Source of the DNA: Naegleria gruberi
Taxonomy: Eukaryota
Strand: one strand, 5' to 3'
Length of the DNA stretch: 64,000 nucleotides
Assembly: GCA_000004985.1 (NCBI GenBank)
Contig: GG738877.1
The notes under the pieces were generated by a model. That model was not told where the DNA came from. It did no database searches and was given only the letters and a program-made list of their open reading frames with translations. A program made the position numbers and the translations under genes. This document shows, piece after piece, positions 7,863 to 19,840 of this stretch. Positions within the stretch are counted from its first letter, which is position 1. Each line of letters opens with the position of its first letter.

Positions 7863-10544
7863 ATGCTGCTAACAAACTCTACATCAACAACAATGAATTC
7901 ATCATCAATAACAACTTCATCAATTAGAGCCAATGATAAGGATGGCTTACTTTCTCGTGTTCTGGTCTTTCAAACTTCCACAAACATGAGTGGAAAGAAC
8001 AAGTATTGGCAATTTTGCATCATTTCCCAACACGATCACGACGATGATAATTCTTCTTCATCTTCTGATGAATCAACATCAAGTAATACAACAACAGCAT
8101 CAACAGACACTAACAATAATTTATTCTCCTCCTCCACTACCACAACAGCAACTATATACTATCTTCAATCTAGGCACGGTATTACTACCAAAGACTCACA
8201 CTCTGGTAAAATTCATACAAGTGGAGGAGCTTGTTATCAGAAAGCCTTTTCAAGTGAATTACAAGCACAGAAGGAACTCTTGTTAAGAATTCACTCTAAA
8301 CTCACTGATGGTTATGTGTGGATTTCAAATAGAAAGAAGAGAAAGTTTCCAATAGAAGAATTAACTCAACAAGTGAATGATAAACTTCAAGAACAATACG
8401 ACAAGTTTAAGAATATGTTTTCCAATAAGAAGAAGAATTCAAATAGTTTACCTAGGGTGGCTTCTCCACAAAGATTTACTAACATGGTCATTAGAAGAAT
8501 GGGATTGAGTCCTAGTAGAAACATTCCTTCTCTCAAGACAAGAATTGATAAGAAAAAGAGAAAGCAAATGGATAAATCCTTCAATAGAGAACAATTACTC
8601 AAGTTGGCTGAATTGTCTTCTTCATCATCATCGGAAGAGGAAGAAGAAGATAAAAGACCAAGAACTGTTGCCAATAAGAGAAAAAGAAACAAACAACAAA
8701 AGAGAAAGTACAAATCTGCTTCATCTTCATCAGAAGAAAATCTTTTGTCTGAAGATGAAATTACTCCAAGAATTAGAACATCCAAACAAGTTAAAAAGAA
8801 GAGGAAACCAACAGTATCTAGTCCTGCTTCTAATAATTCTACAAGTGTTGCTCCAACTAGATTATCATTTGGTAATATGAATGAAAATGATTCAGATTCA
8901 GATTCTGAACATGGTGATAATGATGATGGTTTATCTGGATTTGAAAGAATTTCTACACCTGAAAGGTTTAGATCTTTTGATAGAGTTCACTCACCTGGAA
9001 TGGTTTCTGAAATGGACTCTGATTATGAGAATAGATCATTTAGTGCTTCTCCAATGATTAATAATCATCGTAATAACGATCAAGATGATGATAGTTTCTT
9101 GTTGGGTGGAGGTGGAGCTGATTTTATGGATTCATCACCATTTGATTATTCAAGTATTCCAACAGTTGAGTCATCTAGTACAATTTCCAAATTGGAAGAA
9201 AAGATTAAAAAGTTGAATGAGAATCTTTCAAAGGAAAGTGAAAGAGCTAACATGCTTTCTCTTGAGAAGAATTATTTAGAAAATCAATTGAAGGAACAAC
9301 AAGAATTAGCTTGTCAACAAAAACTCTCACATGACAAGTTGGTTGAAGAACTCTCACAACAATTACAACAAATTTCTAATGATCAATTAGAAGATACCAA
9401 GAAATTCCTTGCCAGAGAAGAGGAATTTAAAATAAGAGAGGAAGTATTGTATAATAGAGAACAACAAGTCTCATCTAGGGAATATTTATTGAACGAGATG
9501 GAAATCAAATTACAACAAGAACAAGAAAAGTTGACAAGACAATTAGAAGAATTGTCTTTCCAAAAAACTAATATCGAAACTATGGAAAAGGAATTGAATG
9601 AAAGAAGTCAACAAGTATTGCAATCTGAAAAGGATCTCCAAAATAGAATTGAGCAACACAACTTGACAAAAGACGAGGAAACCAACAAGTTGAATCAAAT
9701 GGAGCAAGATTTTTACGAAACCATGCAAAGATTAGAACAGGAAGTTCAAAATAAGTGGTCAGAATTTGAAACTTTGAGAAATAATTTTGAACTCGATATG
9801 GAAAGAAGAAATCAAGAAATTTCTCAACTTGATCTCGAATTGGAACAAAAGAGGGTAAGAGTAGAAGCTGATTTAGAAAGTGTCAAACAATCATTTGAAC
9901 AAGAAAAGAAACACCACCTCTATAATATTGAAACAAGACAATTACAATTGAATTCTCTCGATGAATCTATCAATGAAAAACTTGCTGATTTGGAACTGAG
10001 ACAAGCTTCTTTCACAACAGAAAAGGAGTCCTTCCAAGCTTTGATCAAACAACGTGAACAAGAATTGAATGAAAAGCAAGGTCAACAAGAACTTCAAGCT
10101 CAACATTTGAAATTTTTAAAGTACCAATTAGATACAAGAGAAAAATCATTTGAAGAAGCTTCTACACAGTTTAACGCAATCAGGTTAGAGACTGAAAATT
10201 CTCTCAAATTGAAATCAGACACTCTTCACAATCATTTACAAGAACTCTCAGAAAGAGAAAAGTCATTTGAAGTTTCTCTTGCCAAATTCGAAAAGGAAAA
10301 GTCACAATTCTATGAAATTATCAAGAAGAAAACAATCATGGAAAATCAATGTAAAATTTTGGCTCAACAATTGAATGAAAAACAAGTGGAATTCCAACAT
10401 GCTCTCTCTGAATGGATGGCATCAACCTCCTCTCAAGATGAATACTCAATCATGGCAACTGATGAGGAAACTTCTATAATTTCCTCTGCTCCAATTCCTT
10501 CCTATATGGCCAATGATGATACAGATAATAGCCAATATTTTTAA
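7863..10544 (+). CDS. Large coiled-coil protein (893 aa) with a Ser/Thr/acidic low-complexity N-terminal half
   Basis: The start is ATG at 7863. The C-terminal ~500 aa is a continuous heptad-repeat region rich in E, K and Q (LEEKIKKLNENLSKESERANMLSLEKNYLENQLKEQQ...). Basic KKRK stretches look like nuclear-localisation signals. I recognise no catalytic domain. Confidence 0.6.
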   Translation: MLLTNSTSTTMNSSSITTSSIRANDKDGLLSRVLVFQTSTNMSGKNKYWQFCIISQHDHDDDNSSSSSDESTSSNTTTASTDTNNNLFSSSTTTTATIYYLQSRHGITTKDSHSGKIHTSGGACYQKAFSSELQAQKELLLRIHSKLTDGYVWISNRKKRKFPIEELTQQVNDKLQEQYDKFKNMFSNKKKNSNSLPRVASPQRFTNMVIRRMGLSPSRNIPSLKTRIDKKKRKQMDKSFNREQLLKLAELSSSSSSEEEEEDKRPRTVANKRKRNKQQKRKYKSASSSSEENLLSEDEITPRIRTSKQVKKKRKPTVSSPASNNSTSVAPTRLSFGNMNENDSDSDSEHGDNDDGLSGFERISTPERFRSFDRVHSPGMVSEMDSDYENRSFSASPMINNHRNNDQDDDSFLLGGGGADFMDSSPFDYSSIPTVESSSTISKLEEKIKKLNENLSKESERANMLSLEKNYLENQLKEQQELACQQKLSHDKLVEELSQQLQQISNDQLEDTKKFLAREEEFKIREEVLYNREQQVSSREYLLNEMEIKLQQEQEKLTRQLEELSFQKTNIETMEKELNERSQQVLQSEKDLQNRIEQHNLTKDEETNKLNQMEQDFYETMQRLEQEVQNKWSEFETLRNNFELDMERRNQEISQLDLELEQKRVRVEADLESVKQSFEQEKKHHLYNIETRQLQLNSLDESINEKLADLELRQASFTTEKESFQALIKQREQELNEKQGQQELQAQHLKFLKYQLDTREKSFEEASTQFNAIRLETENSLKLKSDTLHNHLQELSEREKSFEVSLAKFEKEKSQFYEIIKKKTIMENQCKILAQQLNEKQVEFQHALSEWMASTSSQDEYSIMATDEETSIISSAPIPSYMANDDTDNSQYF

Positions 10545-10590
10545 ATAAAATCATAAATTCACAAAGATCTGTATCCTTTTCTATTAAGGA

Positions 10591-11868
10591 ATGAACTCTT
10601 CTTGGTCTGGAAAGAGTTTTAAAAAAAAAGCAAAAATGAGGAACAATCTTAATCCATCCGTAACGACAATCTTAATGTTGCTCATGGTCATGATGATAAA
10701 GTTAGCCGAGGCAACAACCCCTATTTTTGAACCATCCATTGACACAACACCTCGAAATCTTGCTCCGAATACACCAATATTGTACAATTTTGAGGGTTGG
10801 AATTTTAATATTCAATTTTCAACACTCCCTGATTCGATAGTGAGTGGCAGTCTCAAGATGAGTGCTGCCGATGTGCCAATCACACATACCATCCCATCTT
10901 TTAATAAGAAAATGGAAGAGGTGTTCTTCTTTACTTTGGATTTAACTCAGACAACCCTTAACTATCCACCAAACACTCCCGAAGAGGAAAAGGCAAGAAT
11001 GAGAGCAACCAGAACTGCAATGGAGGTTGTTTTTACTACTTCTGTTCCTTCTCCATTCATGTATGATCCCTACTCTTATAAAATGTTGAGATATGATGAG
11101 GCAACAAATGCATTTTCAGAACCTGTTGATGCTTTAAAGATTGATTTGGATTATTCCTTCTCTATTAATGAAGCTTTTGGAAAGAAGATTATCTTTGGAT
11201 TGTTTGTTTTTAAATCACCACTAGATGTTCAGTTTGGAAAGAAGATTGCCATATACTATCCAAGCTATTTGCAGTTTTCGTATGATGATTACTTGATGGG
11301 ATACCTTTTTCCAAAGGCAAATTATTTCACACCATCAAATCCTTCAATGCTTACAGTCAATCAAGTGAAGCAAAAGTATGAAAAATTGGGAACATCTAGA
11401 GTTTTACTTTCTCGTATCTCAGTCACAATTACAAAGAATCCATTACAATTTGAGGAAGCAACTTTTCAAGCTTTGTCTTTCAAGAATGAAAATGTAAAGA
11501 ATGTTGTTGGAGACAGTTACAGAATCGATCTCAATTCATTGACATGTATCTTCCTATCAGGTAATCAAGAATTAATGGCAAGAAAAGTATCCTTTGAAAA
11601 CAATGTTTTGACTTGTGATGTGAATCCATTATTAGCAGGAGATCATGAAGTTTTAATTGTTGCCAATAATGCAAATCCACCAGAACCGATGAACAGAGGT
11701 GTAGGAAGTGTGGTTCTTGGTTTGTTTATTTCTGTGGTTGCAATTGTTTCACTCGTTGTTTTGGGTATTGGTGTTTTCATGTTCATTAAAAGAAGTAAAA
11801 TGTCAAGAGGATTACTGTCAAGCTCACAAGCTGCTCCAACCTCAGCTTATTATTCAACTGATATTTAA
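10591..11868 (+). CDS. Type I membrane protein with an IPT/TIG-like extracellular domain
   Basis: ATGs lie at 10591 and 10636. The second gives a clean signal peptide (MRNNLNPSVTTILMLLMVMMIKLAEA). A single C-terminal transmembrane segment (GVGSVVLGLFISVVAIVSLVVLGIGVFMFI) is followed by a short cytoplasmic tail. The membrane-proximal region looks like an IPT/TIG Ig-fold. Confidence 0.55.
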   Translation: MNSSWSGKSFKKKAKMRNNLNPSVTTILMLLMVMMIKLAEATTPIFEPSIDTTPRNLAPNTPILYNFEGWNFNIQFSTLPDSIVSGSLKMSAADVPITHTIPSFNKKMEEVFFFTLDLTQTTLNYPPNTPEEEKARMRATRTAMEVVFTTSVPSPFMYDPYSYKMLRYDEATNAFSEPVDALKIDLDYSFSINEAFGKKIIFGLFVFKSPLDVQFGKKIAIYYPSYLQFSYDDYLMGYLFPKANYFTPSNPSMLTVNQVKQKYEKLGTSRVLLSRISVTITKNPLQFEEATFQALSFKNENVKNVVGDSYRIDLNSLTCIFLSGNQELMARKVSFENNVLTCDVNPLLAGDHEVLIVANNANPPEPMNRGVGSVVLGLFISVVAIVSLVVLGIGVFMFIKRSKMSRGLLSSSQAAPTSAYYSTDI

Positions 11869-11978
11869 CAATATTGCATTAGGACCAAGCAAAATCAAAC
11901 TTTCTAATAACCAAAACTAAACACAACAAAATTGAAATGAAATTAAATTTACAAAAAATCATTTAAAATTAAAAAAAA

Positions 11979-13617
11979 ATGTCACAACACTCACTCACCG
12001 ATCAACACGGATTGACCAACCCACCAGCTAATATTCCGCAATCAACCAATTCACTTCCATCCTCATCATCAAATGTTATTAGAAATTTCATCGGTGGTCA
12101 ATTCATCAATGAAGAATATATTAATGAATGGATTGTTAATAAAAATCCAGCAACTAACGAAGTAATTTCGTACGTTCCTTGTTCGAAAGAAGAAACCATT
12201 CAAAAGGCTGTGGATGCATCTGTTCAATGTTGGAAATCAAAATCATGGAGAGGATTATCGGAGGAAGACCGTGCTAAATATTTGGATTTAATTGCTGATC
12301 AAATTGAAAAGAGAATTGATGAATTTGCATTGGCAGAAAGTAGGGATACTGGTAAACCAATTACATTGGCAAAGAATATGGATGTTGCTAGAGCAGTTTC
12401 GAATTTTAGATTCTTTGCTCAAGCTGTTCGTCAACAGTCAACCAAAGCCCATTTAATGTCAAACAAGACAATTAATTATACAACTAGAAGACCTGCTGGT
12501 ATTGTTGGTATTATTGTTCCTTGGAATTTGCCAATTTACTTGTTGAGTTGGAAAGTAGCTCCTGCTTTGGCTTGTGGTAATTGTGTTATTGCAAAGAGTT
12601 CAGAATTGACACCAATGACAGCTCATTTGCTGGCTGAAGTTATTGAACAAGTTAAATTGCCAAGTGGTGCATTCAATTTAGTTCATGGTTATGGAAAGGA
12701 TTGTGGTAGTGCCATTGTTGCTCATCCAAAGATTAATGTCATTACTTTCACTGGTGGTACTGCCACTGGAAGAGTTGTTTCTCAAATGGCAGCCAAACAT
12801 TTCAAGAAGGTTAGTTTGGAATTGGGAGGAAAGAATCCAATGGTTGTTTTTGGAGGTATGTTCATTCCCTTTCTCAATATTTATTCTATTATTATTATTG
12901 ATGTGGAATTATATGAATTTGAAAATTATTTTGAATTATTGAAAAGATTATGACGTTACAAAGGCAGCAGAACTTGCAGCAAGATCAGGTTTCTTAAATC
13001 AAGGACAGATTTGCTTGTGTACCTCTCGTATCATTGTTCACGAATCTATTCATGATGAATTTGTTGAAAAGTTAAAACAACTCCTTGAAAAGAATACCAA
13101 GATTGGAAATCCACTCGAGAATACTACCACTTTTGGAACTCAAATCTCAGAAGAACATTTAATCAAAATTGATTATTATGCTCAATTGGCAAAACTTGAG
13201 GGAGGAACCATTGTTACTGGAGGTAAGAGGGCTGAATTACAAGATGAATCAGTCAAGAATGGCGCCTTCTATACACCAACAATTATTACTGGACTCGATT
13301 TTAAGAGTAGAACTGCCACTGAAGAAATCTTTGGACCTGTTGTAACTGTACACAAATTCTCAACTGAGGAACAAGCTTTGGAAATGGCCAATCATGTAGA
13401 ATATGGGTTGTGTGCTGTTGTTCTCACAAATAATTTATCAATTGGCCATCGTTTTAGTGATGAATTGGAATCAGGAATTGTTTGGGTCAATACATGGCTT
13501 TTAAGAGATTTGAGAACTCCATTTGGTGGTATGAAACAATCAGGAGTTGGACGTGAAGGAGGTGACTATAGTTTGGAATTTTACAGTGAGGATAAGAATA
13601 TCTGTATCAATTTGTAA
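11979..13617 (+). CDS. Aldehyde dehydrogenase (NAD-dependent ALDH superfamily), two exons
   Basis: The exons are 11979..12855 and 12947..13617, separated by a 91-nt intron (12856..12946, GTATGT...AAAAG) that restores the frame. The spliced junction reads ...ELGGKNPMVVFG|DYDVTKAAELAARSGFLNQGQICLCTSRI, placing the ELGGK motif and the catalytic Cys (GQIC) at the expected spacing. The start is ATG at 11979 and the stop is TAA at 13615-13617. Confidence 0.9.
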
Positions 13618-14066
13618 TACAGTCAAGCCATCTCATTAAAAAATCAATTCACATTATTTACTTGCATTTGCTTTTTGTAAAACAAGATTATCTGACCTTC
13701 CTATCAAGTGATAACGCTACAATAAAAATATCATTATTCTAAATCCCCAATCAGCCAGTAAAGGTATTATTTGGTTAGTGCTCACATTTTCTTAACCCAA
13801 TAGTTTTTATCCTCCTGGGGGATTTTCTCTCTTCACACTCAATTTCTAATCCATCTCAACTAGAGATGAAGAAAAGAGACTTTCACATTCACTCAACTCT
13901 TATCGTGTAACCCTCAAAATTTTCCGCCTCAACTTTCTATTGTGGTTCCAAAAAACTAAAAAATCAAAAAAAATTCTCAAACTCTATCGGAAGAATAACA
14001 TCTTATTGTTTCGGGTTTTTGAAGAATTGTGTGTTGGTTGATTGATAATTTATTGTGTTTATTGGG

Positions 14067-17000
14067 ATGAGACCAATTGAGCAGCTGCATAGATCTTGGT
14101 TTATGCTTCTTCGGAGGCTTTATTTGACGTACAATGTTGGATTGTGTGCCTTTTTGGTGTTGTTGGAGGGTTTGTCGTTTGGAGTGCAATTGTACTATGT
14201 ATTCCACTTTGTAGATACAATGGTAGGTTGCTAGAATCTTTCTATTATAATCATCACAATAACTTTATATTAATTGAAAAAATTAATGATCACGATCAAA
14301 AACATGATTAATATATGAACAATTTATTGAAATTAGAAAGCTTATCCATATGTGGAGAGAATTTGTATACAGTTTGCAGTGATTGGCATGTTGGGAGTTT
14401 CATGTTTCGTCTTTTCTCTGATTATTGCCAAGTGTTTGCAGTTCATTAGAATGTACGTACACACTAATTTTAATATCAAAGTGTCTAATCCTTTCATACA
14501 GAGTGTGGTCGAAAGAGCAATATTTGCACATTACAAAGAAATTTAGAACATTTATTCAATCTTTACCATATTTAGGACATGGTTCAACACCTCGTTGGAT
14601 TGATATTGTTTTTCAAGCATTACTGATTTTAGTTTTGGAAATTGTGCCACTATTGGTTGGATTAATGACATTCTTTTTCAATCCTAGAGAGGGATCTGGA
14701 TTTTTATCAAATATGAGTGAATCATTCCAAACTTTTATCACTTCTGGATTTGTAATTAGTTTCTTCTTCATATTGATGTGGTGGATTGGAAGTTTGATTG
14801 AAAATTGGAAGAGATTAATCATGTTTTTAGGAGGAAAAAAGGCATTCTTTGAACGTCTCAGAACTATGGAATACAAGAGAAAGAAATTGAGCGATTCATC
14901 GAATGGAACAACTAGCAATTATGGAACTGTTAATCCAACAGAGAGTGAAAAATTGATTGCCAAATCTAGAGATAGAGCAACAAGTTCTGCCTCGATTGTT
15001 GACATTGAAGATGATAACATGGCCATCGTTTCAACAATAGGAGAAGAGGAAACTGTAAATCCACCAATTTATCAAGAGCTTCCAAATTCTGTTCCAGAGA
15101 GTGAGGATTTTGTTGATTTGGCTGGACATCAAGTAGATGAGAAGGTCTATGAAATTGAAAAGGAGAGAAATGTTTGGGTTCTTGTAACTTGGTACTGTTG
15201 CTTGGCAGGCATTAGTTTCCCAACATTGACAGCCCTCTACTACAAAATCAGAAAGTGCTTTAAACCTAAATTAGAAGATCCTGAAAACAAACACAAGAGA
15301 AAGAAGAATATCAAAATGTCCTTTGTGTGGTTTCTTATAGTTTTGGGTTTAATGATAGCTATTGTTGCCCTCTTGGGACTGTTCCATGTTGGAGATGTTC
15401 TCTTGATTGTCTCTGTTATTGTTGTTTGTATGATTGTGAATACTATTGTTGAGAGATACTTTTTCATTCCTCCACATCAACCTTCAAAAGAAAGATTACT
15501 CTGTAGTTGGAACTATAACGAAGATAGAAAGAAGAATGGTATACTCAGTTGGATCTTGTCAAGAATTGACAAGTATATCACATTTGTTGAAGAGGTTTTC
15601 TATCACAGTCCATATGTTATTTTTAAGGCTGCCAAGACTCTCCTCTTCTTGTTTACCATTGTGATTGCCATCTGTATCACCTTCAAATTTACAGAGACTT
15701 ATCTGACATTCTTCCTTCCTTGGACTTTTTGTTTGATTTTATTCATTTTACAAATTTTGAGATTCAACTTGAACAAGTGGTGGGATAAGGTTTTATCTTT
15801 GGTCAGAAGATCAGCAATTACAAGTGAACAATCTTCAGAAAATGAGGGAGCTACTCTATTTGATATTGAGGAAGTTGAAATCAAGACACCAACAATTCCA
15901 AATAGCAATTCTAGTAAGAGATTATCGACATTCACTGAGAGTACTCTAAAAAACAGATCCAAATATTATAGAAAGAACTTACCTCCTCACTATCACTGTG
16001 AACACGAGCATACCTTCTTTAGATATTTCACAGTAATTTATTTCCAACTTTCCATATTGATTACACTCTTTTTATTGATTGGTTTTACATTCTATTTCAT
16101 TGGGTGGATTTCTGGAGTTTGCTTAATTGTTCTACTCATTATGATTTCTTTCGTATTGTTCATGAGAGTTGATATTGATGCTGCAGATGCATTATTTGCC
16201 TGTTTGATGACTTTTATGTTCTTGTTGGGAGCTATTTTCATCTTGGGTAGTTTGAATGCTCAAGCCAATGACGAGTTGTATTGGAGTAGAATTGGTGAAC
16301 AGTACAATGTCACTACTCCTAGATTTGATATTTGTGATAATCGTTGGCATGGATACAGCCCTGTTGATTATGCCTTGTTCAGTGCTTTGGCTTATGAGGT
16401 AGACCCTTACTTTTCACATGATTTGGAAACTTGGTTCCCTGAATGCAAAGGTGGAAATTGTCAAGTTTTGAGAAGAGAAAATACTACCATTAACTTTTTC
16501 GATTTGTACATTCCATCTAAGAATTTATCAATCATTTCAGTTCGAGGAACTATAATTCCAAAGGATATTGTTCAAGATTTCGATGTATGGAAGGAGGCAG
16601 GTTTGCTTCAAATTGCATCTGTTATTGGACCATTTGCTGTTTGGCCAAAATCTCTCTTGACAAGCTTGGTCTGGTACATTTCACAAATTGAAAAGTTGAC
16701 CATGGTTCCTCGTTCTAATGTTACAAGTCTTGACGATTCCAGATATTATTATCAAATATTGGATGATTACGTAGCCCAATCAAAACTGAAGAGGCAAGTA
16801 ATTCTTACTGGACACAGCTTGGGTGGTGGGTTGGCCAAGATTGTAGGTTCAAGAAACATGGTGCAAGCTGTGACTTTCTCTGGACCTGGAGTTTTATTGA
16901 GCAGACAAAAATTCTCAATCACTGAGGAAAATATTGACAGATATTGTGTCAGTGTGAAACCAGCCAATGATATGGTACCACAAATCGATATGGATGGTGG

Positions 17001-17148
17001 TTTAGTTCAACACATTGAATGCAATGGTAACATTGTAACATGTCACAGTATAGTCCACACAACAAGAAAATTAATATCCAGTTGTGGTGACTATCCTCTC
17101 AATAGATGGATTGATTCTTACGCGAACATTACAACAACACCACAATAA
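14067..17148 (+). CDS. Polytopic membrane protein with a C-terminal class-3 (fungal-type) lipase domain; resembles sn-1 diacylglycerol lipase
   Basis: The main exon is 14504..17148. Its N-terminal ~500 aa contain many predicted transmembrane helices. The C-terminal lipase_3 domain has the nucleophile elbow VILTGHSLGGGLAKIVGS and ISVRGTIIPKDIVQDFDVW. Two short upstream exons are likely: 14067..14222 (ATG, MRPIEQLHRSWFMLLRRLYLTYNVGLCAFLVLLEGLSFGVQLYYVFHFVDTM, donor GTAGGT, intron 114 nt ending AG at 14336) and 14337..14457. The second donor is ambiguous: a GTACAC donor at 14458 with the acceptor ending at 14503 preserves the frame into the main exon. Confidence 0.7.
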
Positions 17149-17358
17149 CATTTATTAAAAATCGAGTTTCTTAATATAAATTCAATCAATTATAGTTACT
17201 GACCTCATGATAAATTATTAGATGTCTGAAAAAGGTTCTATATAATACAACTTCAATTTCCAAATGTTCTCCCTGAAAGAAACTGTTCGAACATACAATA
17301 ATAAATGTTAGGAAAATAATACAAAAATAAAATATGCAATTTGGGAAGTAAATCTCTG

Positions 17359-18414
17359 TTATTGTTTCTTAAATACAGTAATAATTGAATCCAGAGCATT
17401 CTTGAATGTATTACTAGTAATGGATGTAGCTCCTTCAATTTCTTGTTCTCCAATTTGAAGACTTGTCACTTTCTGATCAGTACTGGTGGAAATAAAATAG
17501 AATAAACAAGCAGCTGCAACTGTTGATGGACTTTTTCCAGAGAGCAGATCAGATTGAATGGCCTTGTCAACCAAATCCTTAATCTTTGAAATGGCACTAG
17601 GTGGAAGATGTAATTTCTTACAGAAATCCTCAACAAATGCTTGAGGCGAATTGTAATCCTTAGTCTTGATGAGCTCCTTAGTTTTTGGATTCTTCTGAAT
17701 GATTGAAACCCATTTTGATATTTCCTCCTTTGAAACATGTAAAATCACACAAAACTCCTTCAATGTCTTACCAATCCCCTCAGATTTGAGTCCACAGAAT
17801 AAGCAAGCTGCTAAACATTGATTCCTCGTCTTGTTATTGAACGTTCTCCTATTTTCAGAATAAATTTCTTTGAGTAATTCCTTAATTTTAAATGTATATC
17901 TACTCTCCAATTTGAATTGATCCACAACAATTGATGTAACCTGTTTGAAAATTTCAGAGAGGAATTCATTTTCAATATTCATCTTTCCTAGTTTAATCAA
18001 TTTAGAAGAATCTGGTTTAATTCTAGTTCCTAGCACTCTAGATTCATTAATTATCAATACATCCTCATTCTCTTCTAAGGTTGAATTTCCTACACGAGAA
18101 TTACTTGGTTTATCCTCATCAAAATCTCTCCAATCATTATTTTCAAAGTCTATCAATCGACTAATCACGCAGCCACACTTGGTACATACGAAATTACCTT
18201 CCGATCTATCCTCCAGAATATGTTCATTAGTGGAGCATGTTTTGCAATACATTGGATTGAACATGATATGATTGGCGAACATTAAATTGATTTTTGTTTG
18301 ATAATTTGCATTTTCGAGTGGTTTGGGAAGCCGAACACCTGATGCTCGGGTTGGTGATTGTTTTCGTGGTGGTGGTGGCAATGATGAGGAAGTGGACGTT
18401 GTTGGTTGAGACAT
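17359..18414 (-). CDS. TFIIB: Transcription initiation factor IIB (TFIIB)
   Basis: The start is ATG at 18414. There is an N-terminal zinc ribbon C-x2-C...C-x2-C (CKTCSTNEH...FVCTKCGCVISRL) followed by two cyclin-like repeats (...AACLFCGLKSEGIGKTLKEF..., ...STVAAACLFYFISTS...). It is a single exon. Confidence 0.85.
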   Translation of the reverse strand: MSQPTTSTSSSLPPPPRKQSPTRASGVRLPKPLENANYQTKINLMFANHIMFNPMYCKTCSTNEHILEDRSEGNFVCTKCGCVISRLIDFENNDWRDFDEDKPSNSRVGNSTLEENEDVLIINESRVLGTRIKPDSSKLIKLGKMNIENEFLSEIFKQVTSIVVDQFKLESRYTFKIKELLKEIYSENRRTFNNKTRNQCLAACLFCGLKSEGIGKTLKEFCVILHVSKEEISKWVSIIQKNPKTKELIKTKDYNSPQAFVEDFCKKLHLPPSAISKIKDLVDKAIQSDLLSGKSPSTVAAACLFYFISTSTDQKVTSLQIGEQEIEGATSITSNTFKNALDSIITVFKKQ

Positions 18415-18643
18415 TTTTTTGATTGATTTTTCTTTTAAAACTTATTTTATTGTAAACTCGGTAAACTTCATTAATTTCATTCATTTCACCAACCAATAGA
18501 ATAGTTTGGCGGTTGGTAAAATTATGAATGAGATTTTGTGTAGAATCTCAATATTATTTTGATATCATTGGATATATTTTGATTTGTGAGTTTTTGTAAA
18601 CTCGAATAAATTAATTTCTATGTACAATTTTACAGCTGTAAAA

Positions 18644-19552
18644 TCAGAATCTGAAAACAGTTCTCCTCTTATTATTGATTGGAACCTTTTCATAAACAAC
18701 TCGGGTAGTTCTACTTCCATCTGGATTGATTTGAGTGATAATCTTTTTCACAGTTTGATATTCCTGCTGCTCTGAATCATCTTCATTATTCGAAGTAATG
18801 GCATTATAAAAATCACCAATTGTACTGAAAAGATTGGAAAAGAATCCACCCTCTGAGTCCTTTTGTTTGGCTGGTTCTTGTGTTTTCCTTGAAGATGCTC
18901 TTCTCTTTTGATTTTTCCTTCTACTATTCGATTCAAAATGAAAACCAAAAGGTGGAGCATCATCCTCATCATCATCTCCAAAGAATGAAAAGAATGGATT
19001 GTGGCCCTGTCCTTGAGATCGGAAATGATGTTTAAAGAATTGTGGAAAATCTTCAAAAGGATCATTATCATCACCTCCTCCTCCAAATGAAAAGTGGAAT
19101 GATCCACTCTCTTGATCATGTCCATGATGTTGATGATGTTCGAATGGATCAAATCCTCCTCTATCATACTGTCTTCGTTTATCCTCATTAGAAAGTGTTT
19201 CATAGGCTTCCAATATTTTCATATATTGCTGTTGAAGAGTTTTTTGCTCTGTCTGTGGTTTGTTTCTTGCTTTATCTGGATGATATGCCATTGATAATCT
19301 ATTTAATAATAATAAATAGCACACATGATGATGATGATGAATTGATAAAGAACATTAATCTACTTACTTTCTATATGCCTTTTTAATTTCCTGTTGAGAG
19401 GCCTTCTCGGAAACTCCCAAAGTCTTGTAATATCCCTTCGGATCTCTTGCTTCCACCATCAAAATAAGTGCCATGCTTGTTGTCATCATCAACAACAAGA
19501 GCAAGAACACTGTAAAGTTGTTCTTGTTGTGACTTCCTTTCCGAATCATCAT
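18644..19552 (-). CDS. ER-lumenal DnaJ/Hsp40 (ERdj4/DNAJB9-like): signal peptide, J domain and G/F-rich region; two exons
   Basis: The exons are 19552..19368 and 19298..18644, separated by a 69-nt intron (19367..19299, GTAAGT...AAATAG). The spliced J domain reads DYYKTLGVSEKASQQEIKKAYRK|LSMAYHPDKARNK...ILEAYETLSNEDKRRQYD, with the HPD motif intact. The first ATG is at 19552 (the ORF-track M at 19555 is TTG). The N-terminus FTVFLLLLLMMTTSMALILMVEA is a signal peptide. The rest is Gly/Phe/Asp-rich with no zinc-finger domain. Confidence 0.85.
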
Positions 19553-19768
19553 CAAAATTTAAATAAAATTGCGTGATGAAAATTGAGTTGCAATTTTTTT
19601 TTAATTTGTAAACACGTGTTTTGCTTTGCCGCTTAAATTCGGAATCAACTCTAGAATAAAGTGATTGCAAGAGCTATTAAGGCTAGATGCAACTTCCTCG
19701 TTCAAGAGTTTCGAAAATAGAATGAAATTTTTGCTTCATATTGCTAATATTTTCAAAATGGATAAGAT

Positions 19769-19840
19769 TCCCGTGTAGTCCAATGGCTAGGATACCTGGC
19801 TTTCACCCAGGAGGTCCGGGTTCAATTCCCGGCATGGGAG
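19769..19840 (+). tRNA. tRNA-Glu(UUC): tRNA-Glu (anticodon UUC)
   Basis: TCCCGTGTAGTCCAATGGCTAGGATACCTGGCTTTCACCCAGGAGGTCCGGGTTCAATTCCCGGCATGGGA+G. The acceptor stem is 7 bp with one G-U, the anticodon loop CTTTCAC gives TTC, and there is a GTTCAAT T-loop. It is close to canonical eukaryotic tRNA-Glu-TTC. Confidence 0.9.

Noticed and set aside
14352-14546. A 64-aa ORF treated as an independent small gene.
   Set aside because: It begins with GTG, sits between a GTAGGT-donor exon and the lipase main exon, and reads straight through a GTACGT/GTACAC...CAG intron into a stop. It is better explained as exon 2 plus intron of the lipase gene.
18748-19203. A 151-aa antisense ORF inside the DnaJ gene; similar antisense ORFs inside other genes (7..261, 4198..4389, 8387..8785, 24616..24978, 25015..25206, 36719..37101, 40543..40779, 41379..41665, 44340..44582, 57487..58047, 62814..63101).
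   Set aside because: Each lies opposite a well-supported gene. They arise from low-complexity or codon-biased sequence (acidic, poly-Ser and heptad tracts read backwards) and have no domains.
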